A program made the position numbers and the translations under genes. Under the pieces are notes generated by a model. That model was not told the DNA's origin, searched no databases, and was given only the letters and a program-made list of their open reading frames with translations. Below are positions 9,157 to 17,532 of a DNA stretch of 32,000 nt, piece by piece. Where the stretch lies: positions 2,130,001-2,162,000 of the forward strand of contig NC_008578.1 in the NCBI RefSeq assembly GCF_000015025.1. Reading direction: 5' to 3'. How positions within the stretch are numbered: position 1 is the stretch's first letter; the number at the start of each line of letters is the position of its first letter. The stretch is from Acidothermus cellulolyticus 11B (lineage in GTDB: Bacteria; Actinomycetota; Actinomycetes; Acidothermales; Acidothermaceae).

Positions 9157-10548
9157 GTGGCACCCACTCAGCTTCCTGGAACACTCGGCGCTCTCCGTGA
9201 GTCCGGCCACCGCTACAAGCCCGTCAAGGTCGAAATTCGCGACAACCTTCTTGAGTTGCTGCGCACCGGCCGTCCCCGATTTCCGGGAATCGTCGGTTTC
9301 GACGACACCGTGCTGCCGCAACTCGAGCGTGCCTTGCTCGCCTGCCACGACTTCGTCCTGCTCGGCGAACGCGGGCAAGGAAAGACGCGTTTATTGCGCA
9401 CCTTGGCCGGATTGTTGGACGAATGGACGCCGATTATCGCCGGCTGCGAGATCAATGACCATCCGCTTCGGCCCGTCTGTACCCGATGTCTCGCTCTCGT
9501 GACAACCGCCGGCGACGAGCTGCCTATTATCTGGAAGCACCGCGACGAGCGGTACGGCGAGAAACTGGCGACACCGGACACCAGTGTCGGCGACCTCATC
9601 GGCGACGTCGATCCCATCAAGGTCGCCGAAGGACGCACGCTCGGTGACCCGGAAACCGTGCACTACGGTCTGGTGCCGCGGTTCAACCGCGGCATTTTCG
9701 CCGTCAATGAATTGCCCGATCTCGCCGAGCGGATCCAAGTCGCTCTGCTCAATGTTCTCGAAGAGCGAGACATCCAGATACGCGGGTATGCCCTCCGGTT
9801 GCCGCTGGACATTCTTCTCGTCGCCAGCGCGAATCCCGAAGATTACACCAACCGCGGTCGCATCATTACACCGCTCAAGGACCGCTTCGGCGCGGAGATT
9901 CGCACCCATTACCCGCTTCGATTGAGCGACGAAATCGACCTCGTCATCCAGGAGGCTGACCTGGTCGCCACCGTACCGCTGCACCTTCTCGAAGTCATCG
10001 CGCGCTTCACCCGGCTTGTTCGGGAATCCAGTTCCGTCGATCAGCGCTCCGGAGTATCGGCGCGTTTTGCGGTGGCCGGCGCGGAAACCGTCGCGGCGTC
10101 CGCGTTGCGACGCGCCGCGCTCACCGGCGAGGCCGAGCCGGTCGCCCGCGTTTGCGACCTTCCAGCGGTCGTCGACACGCTCCGCGGAAAGGTGGAATTC
10201 GAGGTCAGCGAGGAAGGCCGCGAGCATGACGTGCTCGCCCACTTGCTACGCCGGGCGATAGCGGAGACATTCCGCGCGCGATTGGGAAATGCCGACCTGT
10301 CGGGCGTTCTCGCCCGCTTCGACGAGGGCGAAACCGTAGAGAGCGGCGAACTCGTGCCTGCCGGGGAGCTGCTCCGGCGCATCGGCCCGATCCGGGGACT
10401 TGGAAAGATTATGGAACGATTGGACGCCGCCGAAGGCGAAAACCCCGGGCAGGCCGCGGCCGCCCTTGAATTCGTCCTGGAGGGGCTTTACCTGACCCGC
10501 CGGTTGAGCAAAGACGAAGTGCCGGGCCGGACCGTCTACGGTCGGTGA
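9157..10548 (+). CDS. AAA+ ATPase of the ChlI/MoxR-like 'putative magnesium chelatase / sigma-54 interaction domain' family (Rv0958-like)
   Basis: Walker A LLGERGQGKT and Walker B-like IFAVNELPDL. The N-terminus LPGTLGALRESGHRYKPVKVEIRDNLL...FPGIVGFDDTVLPQLERALLA is typical of this actinobacterial family. The start is taken at GTG 9157, where family homology begins. The listed ORF begins at 8995. Confidence 0.8.
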   Translation: MAPTQLPGTLGALRESGHRYKPVKVEIRDNLLELLRTGRPRFPGIVGFDDTVLPQLERALLACHDFVLLGERGQGKTRLLRTLAGLLDEWTPIIAGCEINDHPLRPVCTRCLALVTTAGDELPIIWKHRDERYGEKLATPDTSVGDLIGDVDPIKVAEGRTLGDPETVHYGLVPRFNRGIFAVNELPDLAERIQVALLNVLEERDIQIRGYALRLPLDILLVASANPEDYTNRGRIITPLKDRFGAEIRTHYPLRLSDEIDLVIQEADLVATVPLHLLEVIARFTRLVRESSSVDQRSGVSARFAVAGAETVAASALRRAALTGEAEPVARVCDLPAVVDTLRGKVEFEVSEEGREHDVLAHLLRRAIAETFRARLGNADLSGVLARFDEGETVESGELVPAGELLRRIGPIRGLGKIMERLDAAEGENPGQAAAALEFVLEGLYLTRRLSKDEVPGRTVYGR

Positions 10549-10551
10549 GCA

Positions 10552-12540
10552 ATGAGCGCATCAGCCTACCGGTACGGACCGTTTCATGACGGGCCGGATC
10601 CGTTGGCGCCGCCGTACGACGTCGCACGGGCGCTGGACGAGCTCGGGGACGACGTTCTTTCTGGCGCGAGTCCCGCAGACGCTCTGAGAAAGCTGCTGCG
10701 CCACGGTGCACCGGGACTGCGTGGCACCGACGACCTCCTGCGCCAGGTCCGGGAACGCCGGCGTGCCCTTCGGGAGAGCGGCCGGTTCGGCGGGACACTC
10801 GAGCAGGCCCGTGCTTTGCTGGACAAGGCCATCGGCCAGGAACGCGCCGCCCTTTTCCCCGATCCCAGCGATGATGCGCGGTTGCGGGAGGCCGAACTCG
10901 ACGCCCTCCCTGCGGACACCGCACGAGCCATCCGAGCGCTCGCCGACTACGATTGGCGAAGCCCGCAGGCTCGGCGAACCTATGAGGAATTGAAGAATCT
11001 GCTGCGTGATGAGGTGCTCGACACCCAGTTTCGGGGGATGCGGGAGGCGCTCCGCCAGATGCGGGACGCCTCGTCCAGCGCGACCGCTGCCGCCGTCAAG
11101 GACATGCTCGCCGACCTCAATGACATGCTCGCGGCCGACGAGCGCGGCGAGCACACGCAGGAGAAATTCGACGACTTCATGGCCCGCCACGGCCACTTTT
11201 TTCCCGATAATCCCAGGAATCTCGACGAATTGGTCGACTCGCTGGCGCGGCGGGCGGCCGCCATGGAACGCATGCTCGCGTCCATGAGCCGGGAACAGCG
11301 GGAAGAACTCGCGGCGTTGATGGCTCAGGTCATGGCCGACCTCGGCCTGGCGGCTGAACTGGCCCGTCTCAATGACGCGCTGCGCCGCCGACGCCCGGAT
11401 CTCGACTGGTCCGGCCGGACCCGGCTCCGCGGCGACGAACCACTGTCGGCCCCGGATGCGACGTCGGTTCTCGAGGAGCTCGCGGATCTCGAAGAAGTCG
11501 CCGCCACGCTTGCGCAGGATTATCCCGGCGCCCGCCTCGACGACATTGATGAGGAAGCGGTCCGGCGCGCACTCGGCCGCAGTGCAGTAGACGATCTGCG
11601 CCGGTTGCGGGACATCGAACGCGAATTGGAACGGCAGGGGTACATCCGCCGCGAGGCCGGCCGGCTGGAGTTGACGCCGAAAGCGGTCCGCCGCCTCGGC
11701 GCGACCGCACTCCGGCGGATTTTCGCCTCGCTGGAAGGAGCGCGATCCGGCGGCCACGATACCCCCGATGCCGGGACCGCCGGTGAATTGACGGGCTCGT
11801 CGCGACCATGGGAATTCGGCGACGAGCAGCCCCTCGACGTCGTCCGCAGCCTGCGCAACGCGATCCGGAACGGCCGTGTCCGGCGGGAACCCGACGGCCG
11901 CCCGGCACTGCGCCTCGCCGTCGAGGATTTCGAGGTCTTCGAAACCGAACGGCGGACCGCCGCCGCCGTCTGCCTGCTCGTCGACCTCTCCTGGTCGATG
12001 ACCCTGCGCGGCACGTGGGGCGCCGCCAAGGCAACCGCACTGGCGTTGCACTCCCTGGTCACGACGCAATTCCCGCAGGACGCCCTGCAAATCATCGGTT
12101 TTTCGAATTACGGCCGAGTACTTCAGCCCACCGAGCTCGCCGGCCTGGACGCCGAAATGGTGCAGGGCACCAATTTGCAGCACGCCCTCCTCATCGCCGG
12201 CCGCTTTCTCGACCGCCATCCCGAATACGAACCCATCGTCATGATTGTCACGGACGGCGAACCGACCGCTCACCTCCTGCCGGATGGCGACTACGCCTTC
12301 GACTGGCCACCGTCCCGGCAGACGATCACACTCACACTGGCCGAAGTCGACAAGATGACCCGGCGCGGCGCCGCCTTGAATGTCTTCATGCTGGCGGACG
12401 ATCCGGGGTTGGTGGACTTCGTCGAACTCATGGCAAAACGCAACGGTGGCAGGGTCTTTTCACCGTCCAAGGAGAGACTCGGCAGCTACGTGGTCAGCGA
12501 CTATTTACGATCGAGGCGTGGACGACGTCGGGCGGGCTGA
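10552..12540 (+). CDS. von Willebrand factor A (VWA) domain protein (Rv0959-like), partner of the preceding ATPase
   Basis: The C-terminal VWA domain has the MIDAS-like motif LLVDLSWSM and IVMIVTDGEPTAH. The ATG lies 3 nt after the ATPase stop (TGAGCAATG). Confidence 0.85.
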   Translation: MSASAYRYGPFHDGPDPLAPPYDVARALDELGDDVLSGASPADALRKLLRHGAPGLRGTDDLLRQVRERRRALRESGRFGGTLEQARALLDKAIGQERAALFPDPSDDARLREAELDALPADTARAIRALADYDWRSPQARRTYEELKNLLRDEVLDTQFRGMREALRQMRDASSSATAAAVKDMLADLNDMLAADERGEHTQEKFDDFMARHGHFFPDNPRNLDELVDSLARRAAAMERMLASMSREQREELAALMAQVMADLGLAAELARLNDALRRRRPDLDWSGRTRLRGDEPLSAPDATSVLEELADLEEVAATLAQDYPGARLDDIDEEAVRRALGRSAVDDLRRLRDIERELERQGYIRREAGRLELTPKAVRRLGATALRRIFASLEGARSGGHDTPDAGTAGELTGSSRPWEFGDEQPLDVVRSLRNAIRNGRVRREPDGRPALRLAVEDFEVFETERRTAAAVCLLVDLSWSMTLRGTWGAAKATALALHSLVTTQFPQDALQIIGFSNYGRVLQPTELAGLDAEMVQGTNLQHALLIAGRFLDRHPEYEPIVMIVTDGEPTAHLLPDGDYAFDWPPSRQTITLTLAEVDKMTRRGAALNVFMLADDPGLVDFVELMAKRNGGRVFSPSKERLGSYVVSDYLRSRRGRRRAG

Positions 12541-13813
12541 CTCATCGCGCAACGCCCGCCGTTCTCGTCTGCCGATCGGCGCCCTCCCCCGGCCCGTGCT
12601 TGTTCTCTCCGTGGTCGCGTTCTGCGTCGCCGTCGGTTTCGGTCTCGTGGTGCCTGCGTTACCGCTTTTTGCCCGGGATTTCGGCGCAAACAAGGCAGCG
12701 GTGGGCGCGGTCATTTCTACCTTTGCGGCGATGCGACTGGCCGCCGCGCTCGGCGTCGGCAAGGTCGTGGATATTCTCGGGGAACGCGTCGTCCTCGCCC
12801 TCGGCATCGCCATCGTCGCCGTGAGTTCCGCTGCTACGGGTTTCTCGGAGAACTACCCCCAACTGCTGGTGCTCCGCGGTGCCGGCGGCATCGGATCGGC
12901 GATGTTCACGGTGAGCGCACTCGCGCTCGTGCTGCGCGTCTCCGACGTCACCGTCCGTGGACGGGCCGCCGGTATATTCCAGGGCGGGTTCCTGCTGGGC
13001 GGTATTTTCGGCCCGGTTCTGGGCGGGCCACTCATCAGCTGGTCGATTCGTGCACCTTTTTTCTGTTACGCGGGCACCCTAGTGGTGGCCGGCGGCGTCG
13101 GACTCATCGGACTTCGTCAGGTGGAGCGGCCGCCAGGGATCTCACCGCATCGGCGGTCGACGCCCTCCAATGGCGGACGGCGTTCGCCCGTGACCGGTCC
13201 TGCCCCACGAATGACGATCGGCGCCGCCCTGCGACAGCGGCCCTATCAAGCGGCACTCGCCGCCAATGCGGCGATTTCGTGGGCGGCTCTCGGTGTGCGG
13301 AATTCGCTGATCCCGCTTTTCGTGATCGAAGCCCTGCACGCACCGGCGGTCTGGATCGGTGTGGGACTCACGTTGATGGCGGCGGCCAATGCCGCGGTGC
13401 TTCTTCCGGCCGGCCGGTCCGCGGATCGTCGGGGCAGGCGCAGCCTTCTCGTGGCGGGTTGCGCGGTCAGTGGCGTGGCACTGGTGATGCTCGCGGTGAT
13501 GGGTCATATTGCCGGGTATCTCGCGGCGATGGTGGTGTTCGGCGTAGGTTCCGGCCTACTGGACGTCGCTCCGGCCGCCATCGTCGGGGACATCGCGGGC
13601 GGCCGCGGCGGGACGGTCGTCGCCGGCTATCAAATGGCCGGGGACCTTGGGTCGGTGCTTGGGCCGGTCACCGCAGGCTGGATTGCCGACGCCGCCGGCG
13701 ATCGTGCGGCGTTCTGGACGACCGCCGTCGTCCTGCTCGGCGCCGCGCTGCTCGGGGTTTCCGCTTCCGAAACGCGGAAAATCTCATCGGGTCACGCCAT
13801 GGAAACACACTGA
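12518..13813 (+). CDS. MFS transporter (12-TMS type)
   Basis: It shows hydrophobic periodicity and an MFS motif-A-like GKVVDILGERVV. GTG 12518 is chosen as the start and overlaps the VWA gene end by 23 nt. The start is uncertain, and GTG near 12596 is an alternative. Confidence 0.78.
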   Translation: MDDVGRADSSRNARRSRLPIGALPRPVLVLSVVAFCVAVGFGLVVPALPLFARDFGANKAAVGAVISTFAAMRLAAALGVGKVVDILGERVVLALGIAIVAVSSAATGFSENYPQLLVLRGAGGIGSAMFTVSALALVLRVSDVTVRGRAAGIFQGGFLLGGIFGPVLGGPLISWSIRAPFFCYAGTLVVAGGVGLIGLRQVERPPGISPHRRSTPSNGGRRSPVTGPAPRMTIGAALRQRPYQAALAANAAISWAALGVRNSLIPLFVIEALHAPAVWIGVGLTLMAAANAAVLLPAGRSADRRGRRSLLVAGCAVSGVALVMLAVMGHIAGYLAAMVVFGVGSGLLDVAPAAIVGDIAGGRGGTVVAGYQMAGDLGSVLGPVTAGWIADAAGDRAAFWTTAVVLLGAALLGVSASETRKISSGHAMETH

Positions 13814-13833
13814 TCATCGGCTAAGGTCGTAGC

Positions 13834-14268
13834 ATGTCCGGCACAGACAAGATCCTGCTCTGGTTTCACGTCGCGACAGCGATTTTCCTGCTCGGCCCGC
13901 TGACCGTAGCGACGTCGACGACACCGCGCTACATCCGTGCGGGTGACGTCGCGGTCCTGCGGTATCTCAACCGCACGACCCGATTATTCGGATGGGGCAG
14001 CCTCCTGGTCGGCGTCTTCGGCGCCGCCCTCGGTCGCGACGAGCTCTCCAAACCGTGGCTCACGGCCTCGTTCACCCTTTTCATCGTGGCGCTCATTCTG
14101 CTGCTCGTCGTGGTCGAGCCGGACCAGCGGCGTGCCATCAATGCGCTGGACAACGGGCAGAGCGCGGAGGTGTACCGCGGCCGGATTGTCGCGCTCTCCG
14201 CGTCAGCGGCATTGATCTGGCTCATCATCTTGGTGCTCATGGTCTGGCAGCCGGGCGGCACCCACTGA
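13834..14268 (+). CDS. Small integral membrane protein (about 4 TM helices), DUF2269-like
   Basis: 144 aa with four hydrophobic stretches (ILLWFHVATAIFLLGPL, LFGWGSLLVGVFGAAL, ASFTLFIVALILLLVVV, AALIWLIILVLMVW). The family name is recalled from memory only. Confidence 0.6.
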   Translation: MSGTDKILLWFHVATAIFLLGPLTVATSTTPRYIRAGDVAVLRYLNRTTRLFGWGSLLVGVFGAALGRDELSKPWLTASFTLFIVALILLLVVVEPDQRRAINALDNGQSAEVYRGRIVALSASAALIWLIILVLMVWQPGGTH

Positions 14269-14286
14269 ACGACCGTTCGCGGTGCG

Positions 14287-15051
14287 ATGGACGTGGGCAC
14301 CGGCGGCACGCGACTGCGGATTGGCACCTGCGGGTGGCAGTACCGGAGTTGGCAGGGCGTGCTCTACCCCACCGAGCTGCCGGCACGACGGTGGCTGGAA
14401 CACTACGCGACCGTTTTCGACGCCGTCGAATGTGACGCCGCGTTTTACCGGCTGCCGGAACGGACGACATTCGAAAAATGGGCGGCGATGGTACCCGATG
14501 GGTTTGCCATGGCGGTCAAGGCGAGCCGTTTTCTCACCCATGTCAAGCGGCTCAGTGAGCCGGCTGACCCGGTACGCCGCATGCTCGACGCGGCGACTGG
14601 ACTCGGCAACCGGCTCGGCCCCTTTCTCCTGCAGTTGCCGCCGACCATGACCGCCGACATTGATCGGCTCATCGGATGTTTACGCTGCTTCCCGCCTACC
14701 GTGCGCGTCGCGATAGAACCACGGCATTCCAGCTGGTGGACAGCCGACGTGCGGGACGCGCTCGCCGAGGCCCAGGCAAGCCTCGTCTGGTCGGACCGGT
14801 TAGGCGTCGCACAATCCCCCCTCTGGCGTACCGCCGATTTCGGCTATCTCCGTCTGCACGAAGGCCGGCCGACGTTCCCGCCGCGCTATTCCGTGCGGGT
14901 ACTCCGCGCCTGGCTGCGCCAGATCACCGCGACGTGGCCGGACGGCGAGGTCTTCGTCTTCTTCAACAACGATGCAGGTGCGGCCGCCGTACGCGACGCG
15001 CAGGCGTTCGCCCGGCTGGCCGCAGCGGAAGCGGCTTCCCCGCCGCCCTAG
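14287..15051 (+). CDS. DUF72 (YecE-like) domain protein
   Basis: LRIGTCGWQYRSWQGVLYP...YATVFDAVECDAAFYRLP...FAMAVKASRFLTH is the DUF72 signature. Confidence 0.85.
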   Translation: MDVGTGGTRLRIGTCGWQYRSWQGVLYPTELPARRWLEHYATVFDAVECDAAFYRLPERTTFEKWAAMVPDGFAMAVKASRFLTHVKRLSEPADPVRRMLDAATGLGNRLGPFLLQLPPTMTADIDRLIGCLRCFPPTVRVAIEPRHSSWWTADVRDALAEAQASLVWSDRLGVAQSPLWRTADFGYLRLHEGRPTFPPRYSVRVLRAWLRQITATWPDGEVFVFFNNDAGAAAVRDAQAFARLAAAEAASPPP

Positions 15052-15122
15052 GGTTGCGAGAGACCGTATGTCCGTACGATCGAGCGATCACACCCTGGCG
15101 CGATACCGGAAGGAGAACCCGG

Positions 15123-15824
15123 ATGCCCCGCCTGCGACGATCGCGTGCCGTACAGGTGACCGCGGCCCTTGCCGCCGAAGCAAAGGACATTGTGGTCCGG
15201 CCACATTTTCGCCGCGCGATCGCGGCGGCATTGCTCTTTGTCGGAGCGTCGGTGGTCTCCGTAAGTCTTGGCGGCATCCACGCCCGGCACCTCGTCGACG
15301 GACGATCCGAACCGTGGTTGTCACACCGCGTCGGCAGCTGGGCAGCCGCCGGTGTCGCGGTCGTCACCGGTGTGCTCTGCATCCGGCTCATCGCCAATGA
15401 GCTCAGCCGGGTCCTCCGCCAGCGAGGGAACCCGGCTGCCGCAGGCTCTCTGCATTTGTTGATCCAGGTTGTCGGCTATCTCGCCGTCCTGCTGGTGATA
15501 GCCGGCCTCCTTGCCGTACGCGTCGAAAGCCTTCTCCTCTCCGGCGCGATCGGCAGCGTCGTCATTGGCCTGGCCGCCCAGCAGGCGCTCGGCAACGCCA
15601 TCGCCGGGATTGTCCTCCTCTTCGCCCGTCCGTTCGTGGTCGGCGACTACATCACGCTCCGCGCGGGAGCGCTGGGCGGTCAGTACGACGGCGAGGTGGT
15701 GTCGATCACTCTGATGTTCACCATCTTGCAGACCGCAGAGGGACCAATCTCCCTGCCCAACTCTGCGGTACTCGCTGCCGCCACCGGCCGGCGTCAACCT
15801 CCGTCCGCCCTGCCGCCTGGTTGA
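15123..15824 (+). CDS. Small-conductance mechanosensitive channel (MscS) family protein, short form
   Basis: Pore helix and beta-domain motif GSVVIGLAAQQALGNAIAGIVLLFARPFVVGDYI. ATG 15123 is preceded by GGAAGGAGAA. The longer listed ORF (from 14676) overlaps DUF72 and was discarded. Confidence 0.75.
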   Translation: MPRLRRSRAVQVTAALAAEAKDIVVRPHFRRAIAAALLFVGASVVSVSLGGIHARHLVDGRSEPWLSHRVGSWAAAGVAVVTGVLCIRLIANELSRVLRQRGNPAAAGSLHLLIQVVGYLAVLLVIAGLLAVRVESLLLSGAIGSVVIGLAAQQALGNAIAGIVLLFARPFVVGDYITLRAGALGGQYDGEVVSITLMFTILQTAEGPISLPNSAVLAAATGRRQPPSALPPG

Positions 15825-15840
15825 GCCGGCCTTCACACGG

Positions 15841-15876
15841 CGAACCGTCGCCGTCCGGAGAACCGTCGCCGTCCGC
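15841..15876. repeat. Tandem duplication, 18 nt x 2 (cgaaccgtcgccgtccgg / agaaccgtcgccgtccgc), in the mscS/msrA intergenic region
   Basis: Read directly from the sequence; 16/18 identity. Confidence 0.85.
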
Positions 15877-15948
15877 CCGGAGCATCGGATCTCTGTCCGC
15901 GGGCGATCAACAGAGGCACGGACGAAACGTGTCAGGTAGCCTCACAGT

Positions 15949-16587
15949 ATGGGAATTTTGCGACCGTTGCCGACACTCGACCAAGCGTTGCCGGGACGAA
16001 ACGAGCGTGCGTTTACGCTGTCCGGCCGGCATGCGGTTCTTGGCACTCCGATCGAACCACCATTTCCCGAGCACACACAACGCGCTGTTTTCGCGCTCGG
16101 TTGTTTCTGGGGGGCTGAACGCATATTCTGGCGGCTCCCCGGCGTCTATACCACAGCCGCCGGATATTGCGGCGGCTTCACGCCGCACCCGACGTATGAA
16201 GAGGTCTGCACCGGGCTCACCGGCCACGCCGAGTCCGTACTCGTCGTCGTTGATCCCGCGATAGTGAGCTATGCGGAGCTGGTAAAAGTCTTTTTTGAGG
16301 CGCATGACCCGACCCAAGGAATGCGCCAGGGGAACGACATCGGCACACAGTACCGTTCGGTCATCTTTGTCGCGGACGCCGGCCAACGTGCGGCGGCGGA
16401 GCGCATCCGCGAGCAATACGCCTCAACCCTCGGGCGGGCGGGTTTCGGACCGGTCACGACGGAGATTGCCAACGCCGGCCCGTTTTATTACGCCGAGGAA
16501 TACCACCAGCAGTACCTGCATAAGAATCCCTCGGGATACTGCGGTTTGCAGGGAACGGGTGTGAGCTGCCCGCTGTCGTCGGCGTAA
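15949..16587 (+). CDS. msrA: Peptide-methionine (S)-S-oxide reductase
   Basis: GCFWGAE active site followed by GYCGG...[18 protein letters not shown], and YHQQYL near the C-terminus. Confidence 0.95.
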   Translation: MGILRPLPTLDQALPGRNERAFTLSGRHAVLGTPIEPPFPEHTQRAVFALGCFWGAERIFWRLPGVYTTAAGYCGGFTPHPTYEEVCTGLTGHAESVLVVVDPAIVSYAELVKVFFEAHDPTQGMRQGNDIGTQYRSVIFVADAGQRAAAERIREQYASTLGRAGFGPVTTEIANAGPFYYAEEYHQQYLHKNPSGYCGLQGTGVSCPLSSA

Positions 16588-16616
16588 TGATCCGTCGGCG
16601 TCATAACCCGCTGTTG

Positions 16617-17045
16617 TCAACGTCGTTGCACGTGACCCGCCAGCTCCGTCGCCTCCCGGGAAATCTCCGCAATCACCGCACGGACCGGCCGGCGTCCTTC
16701 CGGTGTCCAGATGCACTCGGCGGCGTTCGGCAGTGCCACGGCGAGGTCGTGCGCAAGCACCCGCAATTGGAAGCCCACCGCGGTGTCGGCGGCCGACGGC
16801 AGCGACCGCCACACGGGCGGCTGCGGTGCGTCGCCGTGCTCGACGCCCTGAACGAGGGCCGCGACGCGCGCCGCGATCCGGCGGGCGGCCGCTGCGACGG
16901 AAAGGTCCGACCCAGGGGAGATCCTCCGCGCCAAGGCCAGGGACGACAGCCGGCTCAAGCGCACTGCTAGATCGTCAAGCTGCGAGGGGAACGAAGCCGG
17001 GTCATGCGCCGGCGCATCCCCGGCGGATTGATCCCAGCAGGACAT
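16617..17045 (-). CDS. Hypothetical protein (142 aa from ATG 17045; ATG 17096 is an alternative start)
   Basis: This frame has the most protein-like composition and GC3 in the interval. I recognise no family. The overlapping plus-strand ORFs are Arg/Pro-rich shadow frames. Confidence 0.45.
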   Translation of the reverse strand: MSCWDQSAGDAPAHDPASFPSQLDDLAVRLSRLSSLALARRISPGSDLSVAAAARRIAARVAALVQGVEHGDAPQPPVWRSLPSAADTAVGFQLRVLAHDLAVALPNAAECIWTPEGRRPVRAVIAEISREATELAGHVQRR

Positions 17046-17190
17046 GCCGGCGAGCGTACCGAACGGCCGTGCAGCGTCACCCGGCGGCCGGCGCATTCCG
17101 CCGACGCCACCTCCCGACGGCTCTTGCCTTAGGGCCGCTCCTGGGGCACGCTGCGAGTATGGACCGTTGACGCCGACCGAGGAGGCCGTC

Positions 17191-17415
17191 ATGAGCGTGC
17201 ACCACTCCGAAGAGATCCATCGCAATCTGATCGAGCGGGTTCCCCAGGTGACCGGGAAACAGCTTTCGGAGTGGTTCCACGAAATTGACAAAGGTCCCAG
17301 TTTCCTGAGATTCGACGAGCGGGTCAACTGGTTGCGCGACGAACACGCGCTTCCGCACGGCTATGCGTATGCGATCTGCCGGGAACATGAGCGCCACCGC
17401 GTCAGCCACGAGTAA
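17191..17415 (+). CDS. Small DUF4287-like protein (74 aa)
   Basis: ATG 17191 is preceded by GAGGAGG (17179-17185). MSVHHSEEIHRNLIERVPQVTGKQLSEWF...VNWLRDEHALPHGYAYAICREHE resembles the DUF4287 pattern from memory. Confidence 0.6.
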   Translation: MSVHHSEEIHRNLIERVPQVTGKQLSEWFHEIDKGPSFLRFDERVNWLRDEHALPHGYAYAICREHERHRVSHE

Positions 17416-17459
17416 CACCGACTCGCACACCACGCGCGGCAGCGTTTCCGGCGACCGCG

Positions 17460-17532
17460 TGCCCCCGGTCGGATTCGAACCGACACTGTAACCCTTTTAA
17501 GGGGTTCGCCTCTGCCGTTGGGCTACGGGGGC
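17460..17532 (-). tRNA. tRNA with anticodon UAA (Leu by anticodon), 73 nt, no long variable arm, CCA not encoded
   Basis: Hand fold: acceptor GCCCCCG/CGGGGGC, D stem GCC/GGC with loop containing GG, anticodon stem AACCC/GGGTT with loop CT-TAA-AA, variable loop ACAGT, T arm GTCGG-TTCGAAT-CCGAC, discriminator A. Confidence 0.8.

Noticed and set aside
8995-12540. AAA+/VWA pair as a MoxR-vWA type conflict or defence system
   Set aside because: There is no effector, protease, nuclease or beta-propeller partner, and no hypervariable or low-GC context. From memory the pair is a conserved core actinobacterial module (Rv0958/Rv0959-like). It is kept only as a function-unknown finding.
14676-15122. 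Long N-terminal extension of the MscS-like ORF (382-aa version)
   Set aside because: It overlaps the well-supported DUF72 gene in another frame and is Arg-rich. ATG 15123 has a strong GGAAGGAGAA ribosome-binding site and starts just before the first TM helix.
16587-17170. Plus-strand ORFs 16587-16970 and 16703-17170 as alternatives to the minus-strand hypothetical gene
   Set aside because: Their translations are dominated by Arg, Pro and Gly runs (for example RRRSAVPRRGRAQAPA). The minus-strand frame has a more balanced composition, although that gene itself is only moderately supported.
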